Assembly: GCA_964187785.1 (NCBI GenBank)
Contig: OZ076409.1
Coordinates: forward strand, 8,806,001-8,870,000
From: Amphiscolops sp. MND2022
Taxonomy: Eukaryota
Direction: 5' to 3'
DNA: 64,000 nt
Under the pieces are notes generated by a model. The model did no database searches, was not told the origin of the DNA, and was given only the letters and a program-made list of their open reading frames with translations. Below are positions 1 through 12,899 of the stretch, piece after piece (positions within the stretch are counted from its first letter, which is position 1; each line of letters starts with the position of its first letter). The position numbers and the translations under genes were made by a program.

Positions 1-21
1 TTCAAACTTCGGCCATTCAAT

Positions 22-911
22 ACCTTTCAATACTCATCTCTTTTCGGCAATTTTTGTTGCTATTAGAGAATTGTTTGGGGAGCGAAGTGGAAAAGGTTTA
101 AAATAATGGAACACTTCTAGAAAAAACAAGACAAGAAGTGACCGAATTCACAAATTTGTTTTTGGATTTGAACTGGAGCCAAGAAATTACTGTGTTTCTC
201 ACCAAGTTTCATTGCACCCATTTACTTTATCATTTATGAATTTCCTGAAGAAAAATCCCTTCAGAGATTCATAAGCTTCTCTTCTTGATTTTCATTCCTT
301 CGATTTGAGAGAAAAAACCAAAGTTTCATTTTCCTTCGAAAACTCCACTTTAATTAGTTACAAATTATGGCAAATGACTGAATTGATTTGGTACACCTTG
401 TTTTGTATTGTGATACGCCGCAAATACACCACTTTAGATGATTTTTTCCGCCATATTTCATACACCGGTGTATGAAATATGGCGGAAAAAATCATCTAAA
501 GTGGTGTATTTGCGGCGTATCACAATACAAAACAAGGTGTACCAAATCAATTCAGTCATTTGCCATAATTTGTAACTAATTAAAGTGGAGTTTTCGAAGG
601 AAAATGAAACTTTGGTTTTTTCTCTCAAATCGAAGGAATGAAAATCAAGAAGAGAAGCTTATGAATCTCTGAAGGGATTTTTCTTAAGGAAATTCATAAA
701 TGATAAAGTAAATGGGTGCAATGAAAATTGGTGAGAAACACAGCAATTTCTTGGCTCCAGTTCAAATCCAAAAACAAATTTGTGAATTCGGTCATTTCTT
801 GTCTTGTTTTTTCTAGAAATGTTCCATTATTTTAAACCTTTTCCACTTCGCTCCCCAAACAATTCTTTAATAGCAACAAAAATTGCCGAAAAGAGATGAG
901 TATTGAAAGGT
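22..911. repeat. 890-bp near-perfect spacerless palindrome (foldback/MITE-like)
   Basis: Base i pairs with base 933-i around the centre CACC|GGTG (466/467). About six mismatches in 445-bp arms. Flanks CCATTCAAT (13-21) and CCATTTATT (912-920) match at 7/9, a possible decayed 9-bp TSD. Confidence 0.95.
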
Positions 912-1000
912 CCATTTATTATTAACCAGATAATCAAGCGATTCCACCTGTTTTGAAAACGCAATCAGAGAAACGTTAATAGTCTCTGGTTTCACACTAG

Positions 1001-1073
1001 ATGGTTACAAAAATGAAGGAGGCTCTGCTAGGAGTTCTTTTCTTCATTTTTCATCGCTTTGTCTTTAGCTACG
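1001..1073 (+). CDS. Host gene exon 1: signal peptide (MVTKMKEALLGVLFFIFHRFVFSY)
   Basis: In-frame ATGs at 1001 and 1013, hydrophobic core, strong donor G|GTGAGT at 1074. Phase 1, matching downstream exons. Confidence 0.7.
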
Positions 1074-1241
1074 GTGAGTTGCATAATTTTTAAACACGTA
1101 CAGGTAATAAATCGTGGACTGTATTTCTAAATTTTTCTTTATTTTCAGAGCCAATCAACATTAAACGTTTTGAAACCAAACGCCTGAACAGTTTACTTTC
1201 GCAATTTGCAAAGCAGCCCAAGAACTTGCCATCCCAATGCT

Positions 1242-1644
1242 AAACAAGCCGGGACCGGCCCAAGTAGGCGCCATACCTAGGTTTAAAAAAGGACTCCAAA
1301 GTGTCAAAGTATTCTCTTCTACAGCACTCGAAAAACCCAAAAGTTGGACCAAATTGGACCAAATCAAAAAAATTGAAGGACGGACCCCTTGAGGAAACGT
1401 TTTTTTTTTCGAAAAAGTCCGACAATGCCAAAAAAACTGAGGGGGACCGGTCTCGGTATTGTATATTACGCGGAAAAAAAGAAAAACCTTTTTGGTTCAG
1501 TTTCCTGGGCCAACAGGTACAATTAAAAATTTGTACAACTTTTGGTAGAACTATTTTGGTCACTTTAGCTGTATCGAAAAAAAACACTGACGAAAAGCTA
1601 TGACTATAGTCGACTCTTTTCTGAAGAAAAGCGCCGAGCAAAAA
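1242..1644 (+). mobile_element. Non-autonomous DINE-1/HINE-like (Helentron-associated) element, copy 1
   Basis: Starts AAACAAGCCGGGA..AAGTAGGCGCC and ends ACTATAGTCGACTC..AAAAGCGCCGAGCAAAA, with subterminal inverted GTCGGCGC/GCGCCGAC. Homologous ends at 5639-6133, 29860-29927, 31612/51667 and 53954-54467. Confidence 0.65.
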
Positions 1645-1997
1645 GGCCCCTAAAAAGCGCAGAGTTTTAAATACGATCAATAGGATTTTAGAATCGAGTC
1701 TCCCTATAGGAAGAAGTCTTCATTGCCTAGTATACGATTTAATTAATTTGTACACCGGCATCATTCATGATGAATTCTATCGTAAAATTATGAAACTCCA
1801 TGTTCTTTTACTTACGTAATCACTTACAATAGTTGTTTTCCGTCAAATGAGAAAAAAACACAAATTGCTAAGTGTTGTCCAACTAGAAAATCCGAACAAA
1901 ATCGGTCATTTCTAGCTTTTCTATGAAGGAATTGTACCTTTCGGTGACAGTTGGATAAAAAGCTCGCGAATGGTAAGAGTTTTGCGTTTGTTTCCAG

Positions 1998-2089
1998 AGA
2001 ATACTCAGAAAATGATTGTCTAACTTCTTCAAAATCAAGCAATATCAGCAACTTACACTATTGTTCGCTTGAGCCGTTGACAATGAGAG
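1998..2089 (+). CDS. Candidate extra host-gene exon (EYSENDCLTSSKSSNISNLHYCSLEPLTMR)
   Basis: Polypyrimidine-CAG acceptor and G|GTTCGA donor (phase 1). It would supply the missing first Cys of the LDLa repeat. The upstream phase-2 partner exon is uncertain. Confidence 0.35.
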
Positions 2090-2350
2090 GTTCGATCAAT
2101 AACTTTGTAAACGATAGTTTATGTGTAATGTTGTAAAACTGGGTGAACCAAAACAAGGAACGCAAAAAATCTCACTCTTCATAAATATACTGCTTGTAAA
2201 CAAGGCGCTGATGAGCTTACTCTTTGTCAGTCAAGCATTAAAACTACGCTCGCATCACCTAATCACCTTGTCAACGGAGGATGTTTGAAACCTTTATTTT
2301 TATAACCTCTGAGGAATAACGTGACTCGGCAAAATGTCGGCTCTTTTATA

Positions 2351-3614
2351 CACTACGCGTCAAAATTTTTTGGACCACTCTCAAAGATGCGCTCAGGGCC
2401 TCTCTCAACTACAGCGCATCGAAACTTTTTGGACGTTCTCACAACGCCGCTTTATTTGAATTCATTGCTTGTTTCCAGTTCCCATACAAAGTCATTTTAT
2501 GTTGAACGTTTGAACAAACACTCCAAAGAGATGACAAACCTTGTCAACGAGAAACCCATCAGCAGACAACTTTTTGGAAAAAAGCTCAGAAATCGTGTTT
2601 TTGAGTAAATTAACTGTTGCTTGCCTTTATGGCAATAAACAATCATGGCGTTATACATAGACCTCAAGCGCCACCCAGAATCAATTCAAAAGTGTTTGAT
2701 TCGCGGATAAAACGAAAAGGTGCCCGATTGAAGCAACATGAAGGAATTGTTATATTCATAAAATTGCGAAGAACCCATACTGTGGAAGCTGCTAGGAAAA
2801 GAATACAGTCGGTAGTGAAGCGCCTTGGCTTTTTGTTCAAAAACAACATGAAGACAATAATACTTACAAAGAATTAAAAAAGATCGTGCAAAAATGCACT
2901 GACTAGATTCGACAGAGGATTGATTGGAAACAAATTTGGTTTTACTGATGAAAGTATATTAACCTAGATGTGCCCGATAAATGCAGAACATACAGGAAGA
3001 ACAAAATGAAATCACAAAAATTTCAGGAACAAAACACAAAGTGGAGGTGGTGGTTCGATGTTTTCGTTCCATTGGCATACTGTTTGCAAAAAACAATTCC
3101 AAATTCCACGGAATACAGTTTCATCTGGATTTGCCGTGTCCGCGAGGTTATCATGGATAATGACTATATTTTCCAATATGACAATTGTAATAGTCACACT
3201 GCCCAGTCGACTATAGAATTTTCCAAAAATCCTGAAAATGATGTCCTCAATTGGCCCAGAAGTAGACCTGGTTTAAACATCTTGAAAAATGCGTGGAGTA
3301 TGTTGAGCAATTTGATGTGTGATGGCCCGCAACCCCGAAAGGTGAAAGAATTAGAGAATCGTGTCAAAGAAGCAGCAGTTATGGAAAAATATTTGAGTTA
3401 TTCTGACCAATTGGTTGTTATTTGACTCTATGCTGTATCGTAGTTCTCGTATTATTGAGAAACAAGATAATAAAGTTCCTCATGAAATTATTTCCGGTGT
3501 TTTCTTTGTGGCCGTCCAAAAAGTTTCGATGCCGCATTTGATGACGCGGCGTTCAGGGTCGATGAGCGCGAATGGCATGTTTCAGAATGGTCTGAAAATT
3601 TTTGACATACAGCG
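2351..3614 (+). mobile_element. Degraded Tc1/mariner (IS630-like) transposon, about 1.26 kb
   Basis: TA at both flanks (2349-50 and 3615-16). Imperfect TIRs share GCATCGAAACTTTTTGGACG. Broken transposase motifs: W-FTDE..NLD (about 2937-2970), FQYDNCNSH and WPRSRPGLNILKNAW (equivalent to WP..SPDLNPIENLW). Confidence 0.85.
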
Positions 3615-3816
3615 TACTCCTGTCTTAATTTGCTATCGTAATTCCGTGAAATTCTGACGTTCATTTTTGCCCCCCAAACTATAAACGGATGAAAGGTAAA
3701 TGAAAGTGGACAAGTATTTAAAAATATATGCCTGAAGAATATTTGAATTTTGTATTTTTGAGAAATATCTTGAACGCTTGTAAAAATCTGTTCGCTTATG
3801 CAAATTGTGCTTGAAG

Positions 3817-3939
3817 GGTTTTTGTGCTCTGATGGGATCCTTCTCTGTAACTATTCCCAATGTGACGGAGAACAAGACTGTTTGGACGGAGGAGACGAAT
3901 TTGGATGTGACGATGCAAGTCATAATAACTCATCAACAG
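3817..3939 (+). CDS. Host gene exon: LDL-receptor class A repeat
   Basis: FLCSDGILLCNYSQCDGEQDCLDGGDEFGC fits the LDLa motif CDG..DC.DG.DE..C. AG acceptor, G|GT donor, 123 bp, phase 1-1. Confidence 0.85.
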
Positions 3940-4471
3940 GTGTTCAACATCAACTTCTCGGCTTTTTTTCTGCTTCCCCCACCATGAAAGTTTTTGAGGA
4001 AAATTTACTGTTGTTTTGCAAACTAGCCGAATTAAAAGTGAAATTTCTTTCCATGCCAGGAAGTTAACTTCTATTCCACTACTTTGAGGAGTGAAAACAG
4101 AAAGGAGCCTGTTTCTCATCATTCGTAGTTCGTTTTTCTTCAGTCACTCCAAAATTAAAGCCGGGCATTTGGGTCTGCGTCCTGGAAAAATCTTAATTGA
4201 GGTGCTGCAAATGATGAACCCAAATAAGTGGGTTTTATTCTAAACTTAGGCGAGAAAAAAACTGATTTTGTTTTATTTAAAGTATTAATTCTTTTTCGCT
4301 AATAAGTAGGCTTCCTGTAGGCTGTTATTTCGAAGATTGCAAATAACTAATTGACCACAATTAACCAGCGGTTAAACAATTAAATTAATTTATCTTGTGC
4401 CATAAGGTGTAAACTTCATCAATGAAGCGCATGTGAAAGGACGAGAAAAGAGTTTTTCGGATCTCCTGAAG

Positions 4472-4831
4472 CAGAGTTTTGACACCGCTAATCAGCGATT
4501 TAGCGAATTAGCGGCCGCGCAAGAATTTTTAGCGATTTCATTAGCGATTCCAATAAGCGGTAACTAATAGACCGTCCAAATTCGAAATTTCTTCTGGGTG
4601 TAGATGGTGTTTCAAAATGAATTTCGGAAAAATTCCAACTCTTACCCTTGTAGAACTTGCACAGTACAAAAAATTCTAGTGTTTTTTCTTCCAAAAACCG
4701 AATAAGTTATTTTGAAACATACTTGAAGCCAAACATTTGATAGTTTGCAGAAAAAGCTTTTCAGCGAAATAGCGATTTTCAAATTAGCGGTTTAGCGATT
4801 AGCGGAAAAAATTAGCGATGTCAAAACCCTG
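4472..4831. mobile_element. hAT-type MITE (360 bp)
   Basis: TIRs CAGAGTTTTGACACCGCTAAT / ATTAGCGATGTCAAAACCCTG, perfect 8-bp TSD TCCTGAAG (4464-71 and 4832-39), subterminal TTAGCG repeats. Confidence 0.9.
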
Positions 4832-5245
4832 TCCTGAAGTATCAGTCAGCAACTGATAATGCCGATGAAAAAAATTGAATTGAATTGAATTTGAATTTAT
4901 CTGCTTTTCAAAAATTTGAGCCAGCAGCGCACTAAAAAACATTCTATTACTAGCGATTATTCACTCATTACTCAATTATAACGTAATTTGTTATTAATAA
5001 CTTCTAAATAAGTAACAAATTGTGGCATGGACTTTAGAGGTCATTTATATACATTACGTAATTACATATGACCTTAATTCTTATTATTATGTAAGTACCT
5101 GCCCATACTGTAAGCGCTGTTACTATATCATTTATAGTCACCATAAGGCCTAAATGCAGCATTACATTCCCATCTTGATTCCTTACTTACTGGAGATACA
5201 ACACAAATAAATCTAATTAGATCATTTAGTCTACGAACGTTTCAG

Positions 5246-5476
5246 ATCAAGGAAGTGAGATCATCCCAGATCTAGGCACTAGAATAGAAATCCTTCGGGT
5301 CCAATCAGACAAGCAGTTTGAAAGTCACGCTGCAATTGCAAACACTTTCGATGGCATTCACTCAACACAACTTGCACATTGCTTCTTGTCAAATACCAGA
5401 ACTGGCGGTTCGGTCAAGTTTCACGCCCCCTACGCTCAAATCAAGACGGTGGCAATTCTGAATAGAAACGACTCAA
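5246..5476 (+). CDS. Host gene exon: N-half of F-type lectin / F5-8 type C-like domain
   Basis: TTTCAG acceptor, A|GTAAG donor, 231 bp, phase 1-1, open frame ...AIANTFDGIHSTQLAHCFLS...IKTVAILNRNDS. Not in the ORF track because it has no start codon. Confidence 0.85.
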
Positions 5477-5638
5477 GTAAGGTTATGGAGTAGAAAAAAA
5501 AGAGGAAGAATGAAAATTTATTTTTTAGATGTCATAAACGTTATAATTTATAATAAAGACAACAGTCTAACGAATGATCATGCAAAACGGACGAGAAATG
5601 AGCGCAATCGCTCTTCAGGTTCTCGCCCTCAAGACCAG

Positions 5639-6133
5639 TTTTTAGTCGGCGCTTTTATTAATAAAAGAGCCCGACTATTACAGTCACTCGTTTTTTTTTC
5701 TTTTTTTTTTAAGACAGACTCGAAACGACGAATTAAAATTAACGTTCAAAATCTTCAACTAAAGGAAACTAAACGAATACCCCGGAAACGCATTCCAAAG
5801 GGTCCCCCCTTTCGTTTTTTACTTTTTAAACGTTACCTACAAACTTGGACGGGACTAAAGGGTCCCCCCTTTCGATTTTTTTTCGGCACTGTGCGACTTT
5901 TTTTCGAAATTTTTTTGTCTCCAAAGGGTCCCCCCTTTCGTTTTTTACTTTTTAAACGTAAGCTACAAAACCGACTGAGGCTAAAGGGTCCCCCTTTTTG
6001 ATTTTTTTCGGCACTGTGCGACATTTTTCGAAAGAAAAAAATTTTCAAAAATTTCAAGTTTTTTTCCAAAAAAAATGTTTTGCGCTTTTTGAGCCTTAGA
6101 TATAGCGCCGACTTTAGACGTTCCCGTCTTGTT
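5639..6133 (-). mobile_element. DINE-1/HINE-like element, copy 2, with internal AAGGGTCCCCCT-core tandem repeats
   Basis: Reverse-complement ends match copies 1 and 5 (TTTTAGTCGGCGC...; ...GCGCCGACTTTAGACGTTCCCGTCTTGTT). Four internal repeat units. Confidence 0.7.
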
Positions 6134-6224
6134 AACACTTACTTCCATTCATTTACTGAACTTTTTTAGGTACGTATACATAATTCTCGTTAGAACAAAA
6201 TAGAATTCAGTTGGTTGTAATCTA

Positions 6225-6773
6225 CCCTGGTTGGAACTGCTTGAACTTTTTACATGTTTTTGTAGGTTACAAAGGTAATTTTCCATGATTTTATAAAATT
6301 CTCAAAGAAATGTCAATGCATTAAATTTTCACTGATACGATTTAATTTTATCAAGCTGCCTATAAAATGCATCTTAAATTTGGCGGCAATTCTGCGCCGC
6401 GACGTTTTGCAAGTTTCAATATACGCCGTTCTAATTTTGAAAGCAGCCGAGACCTTAATCAATTTTACCGCAATTTCAATGCAAAAAAACCTCAGTCACA
6501 GTATAAGTTTCAATGTAGCGTCATATTCGGCGTGCTATTTGGCTAACGGTGATTACATAAGGTACTTACATAAGAAACTTACGCGTGAAAACAAAGTGAT
6601 CGCTGCGGTGAAGAAGTGGAAATGTTTTCAGTTTTAATTCAAATAGTTAAGGCTGCATTGTAATCCTACAAAATGTTTCCATGCACGGTCCCTGAATTTT
6701 CCATGTTTCATAAAAAAATTAGCCTGCATGTTTCCATGCAGCATGTAAAAAGTTCAAGCAATCTCGACTAGGG
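6225..6773. mobile_element. Non-autonomous TIR element with CCC..GGG ends and 2-bp TSD (CMC/EnSpm-like), copy 1
   Basis: TIRs CCCTGGTTGGAACTGCTTGAAC / GTTCAAGCAATCTCGACTAGGG, flanked TA/TA. Inverted homologue at 53223-53780 is flanked AA/AA. Confidence 0.75.
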
Positions 6774-8244
6774 TATAACCTCGACAGTGATTTCGTCCTC
6801 AAATGCGGCGAGCGATTTTTTTTCGCAATCAATAATAAATTACGACACGCAAAATGCATAGGGGAAAACGAAAAATTCTTTCTTATCGACAATTGGCTGG
6901 GGTGATTTCTTATTTGTGTCAATATAGTTTTTTTTCAAGCCACTGGCAAAAAGTAATTGAAAAAAGTGAAAAATTGCAGAAAACTACATTTCAGAAAATT
7001 AGGTTTTTCTCAAAAACTGAGCAACTGTTTGCTAAGTTACTGTCCCACTCTAGTAACACAATAGGCCACCATTCAAAACGCATATAGAAGTTTTTTCAAT
7101 GAAGCTTCAGTTATGAGTTCAACCGACATTTGAAAGGCCCGGCGCAGCATTTGAAAGCTTAGGTAAAGCCCTACGTTACAGGAATCACAAATCTTGCAAA
7201 ATTCTTCCGAAATTCTTGCCAACTTTGCATTTCTTACAAGAATTTTACAAGTTTGTACAAGAATCGCAAATTTTGCAAATTTGTTACAATGTCGAACATT
7301 TCTTACAAGATTCTGATAAAATTTTTGTAATGTGTAATTTCGACTAAAAATTCGTTCAAGACGGTAACATTCGTTCAATTCTGTGTCTTTTTTGAATAAC
7401 ATCTGTTTTAAAGGTCTGGTTTTAAAAGTCATCTCAAACAGGGTTACCTTGATGACCCGGGTAGCATTAAGGACGCTTTTCGGCACCGCGTTTCCTGAAG
7501 CCGCTTGTAGGTAGAATTTTGATTTATGGATTTTGGGTTAGATTAGAATAAATTTTAGATGAAAATGGTCCAGATTTGGAAGGTGGTCAAAGTTTTTTAG
7601 ATGGAAATGGTCCAGATTTGAATGAATAATCGATGGAATAAGATCTTAAAACACTATTTCACTGGAATTAGGGCCCCTAGGGCTTTCAGGAACAGAAACC
7701 GATATGAGCTGCGGCTATTATTCGTGAAGCTTTGAAAAATATTTACCAAATTTTTGTGAATTTTTTGACTTCTCGGTGTACTCTTGAGAATATTATACAG
7801 AGGCGCCAATTTGGTAATATAGGCCCGAATTTGGGTTGAACTCATATTGCCGTTGTCAGTTTGGCCCAACTCATATTGCCCATGGTGAATTTTTACTCAG
7901 ATTAAATACCACTGAGAATCATTAATGATTTTCCAAGAAAATTGAAATAACCAACAAAAATGTTGCATATTAGAATATTTTTCCAATGTCGAGCAAGCAA
8001 GATCAGATAATCGATGAAGCTCAGCGAAGACCTCAGAAAAAGAAGTAGTTTCCGCGGCTAAAAAAATTATTTCCTTTTCTTTTCTTCGATTTTTTCTTTA
8101 TTTCTGAATAAATCGTGTGATTGAAGCGAAAAACCATTTTGCAACAAAAAATAGTTCATTTCAAGAATGAAATGTTGCTTTTTAAGAAAAATACTTTACC
8201 AAAACACCAAGCAAAAGAAATATCAACCAGAACTTTTGAAGAGC

Positions 8245-11200
8245 AGCAGCATTCATAATTAGTACTTTTGATCAAAAATGATGAATCGGTTGCTATTTTT
8301 AGTTTTTGTTCCAACAACAATTTGTTTTTATATACATAAAAGAATGTTGTCAGAACGAAAAGTTTGAAGGTACAAGAAAGATTGATCTCTTAACCTTTTT
8401 CATTTAGCACCATTCCTGATGAACATTTCATAGCGCAGTCAGCTTATTGGAAACTTACATTCGAAAAAGCAAAATGGACAAACCTTGATGAAGGAACAAA
8501 AGAGGCAAAAAACACAATGGGAGAAACAAGCAGCCAGTTACTCCCAAATAACACAACGACAAGTTCGGTAGAACGGACATCCACACAGAAACTACCCATT
8601 CGGATCTTAGTAAAAACTTATCACACTAGTGCGAAGTTAATTTGGAAAATCATTATCCAATATGTCAAAATGACATGATATAGACTCGTCAAAGTTGATA
8701 AACTCCAAAAATTACTTCCGCAGTTTAAGGACCAATTGAAGGAGAAGATAGAAGACGTATTCAATTGGGCAATGATATAAGCAACTATCACGAAAAAGAA
8801 ACAAAGACGAACAGAAAAAGAGAACAAAATTATTACGCATGATTTAGACTCCATTTAATTCCAGAACGGAACAAATATCATAGCAGAGCAGATTTCTTCA
8901 ATTTAGGACAAAAACCAGGAGAAACTTGGAAATGGTTTCTCGAAAATAAAACATTTTGAAAAAAAAACCTCTGCGGCATTACTCTCATCAAAATTCCTGT
9001 CCTTCAAAAAGAAAGAAGACATGTCTGTGTGCACGTTCACTGACACATTTCATAAACATATTATGAATTGAGTGAATTCAAAGACTCAGATAAAGAAACG
9101 AAATTCAAAAAGCATGTGTGCAGAGGAAAATACCAAAAACCAGAAAAAGAGAAATGAAACAAAGTTAAGAAATTTGATGCTTAACATGTGGTGCACCAAT
9201 TTGGAACAAACACCATGATTCCCGGCTAGATCGAGAACATGTACAAATTGTGGAAACATTGGACGCTACTCAAAGATTTGCCAGTCAAAAATGGAAAACA
9301 GACCAAAAAATGAGACACCTTTATCTAGAATGGGAGTTTCCAAACAAACGCACTTGATAACCAGAACAGTTGATTCAACAAAATCAAATATCCAAAAACG
9401 GACACCCATTTTTACTTCAACGGTATTGGTCATTAACGGTTTAATCAACTTCATAATTGACAGCAGATCATCGGTCACACTAATTCCAAAGAACAAACTC
9501 AACAGAACTGCACCAATACTGTACAAATACACCATTACTTCGAACAGAGGACAGAGATGTAAATACCAACACTTTGAGGGCAAAACACTAGCAAACGTCG
9601 ATATATCTGGTGATAAGAAGAAACTGGAACTGTTAATTACAGAAAAAACAATTATACTACTCGGATTAGACTGGATGCAACATTTGAGAATCAAATTGGA
9701 TAGAGTAACAAACAACCCACAACCCAAAGTATCCCGGATGTTATGAATATTCCAGATCTGAACAGTCAATGGAAAACTTTTCCAGGAAGAAAAAGGAATA
9801 GAAGTGGATTTCCCTCTGAAACAAGATGCAAAGCCAAAACAACAAATTGGCCGACCAAACCAAGACATTGACGAGATTTGGTTTGTTAGACCGGTTGTAG
9901 TAATCGTGAAAAAAGACAAAACAGCAAAAACTAGCCCTAGGTTCACGGAAACTCGACGCAAGAACATTCAAGAGAAAAGCAAAAATGTCAAGTATGGAGG
10001 AAATGATGTCACTGATAACAAAAAGAATCGCAGATGGAACAGCGGACGAAATCTCGAAATCAACATTCCATTTGGACTACGCAAATGGTCAACTATTGTC
10101 ATCAAAGGACCCTATGGATCTATGAATGTTCTATTCGCAATCGCCGGAGGCAGCTTCACTGGCTATTACCGATTCCTCAAAGGCTTCTACGGTTCAGCAC
10201 ATATACCGACCATATTGAGAGAGAAAATTGTCTAAACGCTGGAAAGTAAGTGTGGCTAGATGACATACTAGTGGTCACAAAAAACAGTACAAACGTGATT
10301 CACTGGATGTATCAACAAAGCTAGAAAACGCAGAATAAAGATTGAACAAAAACAAAAGCGAATTTTTCAATGGAACAATTGAGTGTATAGGGCATAACGT
10401 CGACCAAAACGGAATCAGACAGTTACAGGACAAACTAAAAACAAGAGTTTAAAAAACCAAAGAGTTTATAAAACTAATGTCCTTCTTGGGGCAATTCAGA
10501 ACTCAGTACGCAGACTTCTAGGGGCAATTCAGAAGTACGCAGACAACTTCTCAGCTCAAAATGTCTGGTGGGACAATTAATTTAAAAAAAGAAAATACTT
10601 GGAACTGGACAACAGGACCCTCCGAAGCTTTTACAAGTTTAAGAAATAACACCACAGAAAAACAAAGCCTGGACATTACAATTCCAATTTCCAATTTCCC
10701 TACACAAAAACTGCTGACGCCGATACGACAGGCCTGGGGCAACGCATTGTCAAGAGCCGATGAACAGTGACCTCAACCCGATAGCATTCGCAAGAATATT
10801 CCTCTCAGACACCGAAACAATGAGCCACTGAATCACTAGAGGTGAGAATACCTCGCTGGTAAGAATAATAAACCTAATTTACCAAAAACAGAACATAGCA
10901 GTTTACCGCCATTAAGCGCATCGAACTGAGAAATCGACTCGGATTTAATGGGACCAATCACGGCGCAGAACCGTGGGTTTCAAGCTTTACTTTCAAGGAA
11001 TCTCTGAAGTAAATGACCGGTCGACAGTCTGTGTAAGACAACAGACAGAAACATTGCAGTTCCGTTTTTACAACAATACATCAAACTAAACGGATTACCA
11101 AAAATTATAAAAATCGACAAAGCACCGGCTGTAACGGGCCATCACTTATAACAGTATTAAAAAGAAAAAGTGTTTTGCAAATTAACAGGAAACAGTACAT

Positions 11201-12337
11201 TAACACTCCAACCGGCTATGTAGGGCCCGGTGTAAGAACTTCAAAAAAATTTGTTACCAAACTTTAAAATGGGGCAACCATTGGAAAAGCACTCGACTTA
11301 GCACTAGGCGTGATGCGAACCACACACAAAAATTTAAAAGTCTGCCTTCGGGCAACCTTTTGGCAGAGAATCAAAAACTGAAAAAAAAGCTAACCAGGGA
11401 TATCTGTTTTCACAAGATATCTTTTTCAGCAAAACTAGAAACGTTACAGGTTTATACATTCTGTAGAGAAGGCGGTAGTTCTACCATCTACCTACGAAAC
11501 CAAGAAAAAAAGGCTGAAAAACCGTAGGTAACTATCCGTTCTAATGAACGAAAAACAAAAAAGAATTCGAGAGTACACATTCGAGAGTACACATCCGGAC
11601 AACTACAAACAGCACTCACGAGAATAAAACATACTGTGACCCCTTTAGACAATAAGAGGAGTCACACTGTAAATTAATAAATAACCCTAATAAAACATTT
11701 GAACAGGAACCGAGAAACAAGGGCACCGGACCATAAGAAGCACATGGCAGATTCGCGAGAAAAACGAACAAGGCGGACAGACACGACGAACCGCCAACAA
11801 CACCCGAAATATGTCAATTACAAGGAGAGCTACTGGATACCAGTCCGGACTTTCCGGCACCAAAACAAACGGGATTATTTGGCAGAGGACGACCACGGAG
11901 GTACCAGGTAACTCATAGAGCCAAACAACGAGTCCAAAACTAGGAGCACTCACAATCAACACAGATCCAATGAACAAAAGCGGAACTGCGAAGATGACGA
12001 GTAAACCCGCACACAACGCCAAAAGAATCCACCAATGGAGTTCCAACAAGCAATTCACGGAATTCCGGTGGTAAGAGAACATGACATTGGTCTGTTCACC
12101 CATCACAACGCCATAGACGACAGCAACAACGAACGCCATTGGAATGTTTTCCTCCAATTGTAGAAGGGGGAGGGAACAACAGTGTTCATAATTAGAACTG
12201 CTATTTTTAGTTTGTGTTCAATAACAGTTTGATTTATATACATAAGAGAATACTGTCAGTACGTATAGTTTGACGCTACAGTAGCCATTGATCTTTCAGC
12301 CTTTTTCATTGAGTACCCTTTCTCAGAAATACTTCGA
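8245..12337 (+). mobile_element. Heavily degraded Gypsy-type LTR retrotransposon
   Basis: Diverged direct repeats at about 8245-8430 and 12176-12337. Purine tract AGAAGGGGGAGGGAA before the 3' LTR. Relics of Zn knuckle (CTNCGNIGRYSKIC), protease (FIIDSRSSVTLI) and RT (PVVVIVKKDK, YYRFLKGFYG, WLDDILV). Boundaries approximate. Confidence 0.75.
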
Positions 12338-12395
12338 CTGTTGCTACAGGAAAACACAGAAACACTTTGAATTGATGTTTTTTGAATGCATACAG

Positions 12396-12620
12396 GTTTT
12401 GGTTCGAGAATGCTGGTGGGTGTGGAAGTTCACTTATGCCTGACTTCTCAACAGTGCTCCTTGTGTGGAGTTGTACCAGGGGAGATCGACAGGGGACAGT
12501 GGGGGTACATCCAATGTGGCCAAGAGGCCCAATCGAAAACTGTGAACGAAGTTGTTGTCACCAATCCATTAACACCTCTCACCTTCTGCGAAGTGGAAAT
12601 CTACGGCGAACAACGTCAAG
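12396..12620 (+). CDS. Host gene exon: C-half of F-type lectin / F5-8 type C-like domain
   Basis: CAG acceptor, G|GTATGT donor, 225 bp, phase 1-1. Ends PLTFCEVEIYG, matching the L..CEVE.Y signature. Confidence 0.88.
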
Positions 12621-12899
12621 GTATGTTATGTAACAATTCACGTCTAAAAGTTGTTTTGCATTTTTGAGAGATTATTTGTGAAACAATAATTGTTCAACGT
12701 GTACAGATGAGGAAAATGGAGGACCTAGATCAACCTCTCCCACCATCAAAATTTTTTGAGGAAAATTTACCAAAAAATGCAAACTGTTCGAGTTGTGAGC
12801 TGTTAAAAAGTAGTAGTGTTGTTTCTTCTAGATGTTTTTTTACAGACATAAGAAGTCTAAGATTTAACAGCAAAGTCGTCTTATTTCAAGTTAGTTTAG

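Noticed and set aside
5510..6138. KGPPF-repeat ORFs
   Set aside because: Translation of internal tandem repeats of a non-autonomous element.
7553..7622. Short direct repeat containing ATGGTCCAGA, shared with the satellite monomer
   Set aside because: Only a 10-bp match with no further similarity; likely chance.
9266..9967. 233-aa hydrophobic minus-strand ORF
   Set aside because: Antisense shadow of the A-rich decayed Gypsy protease/RT region.
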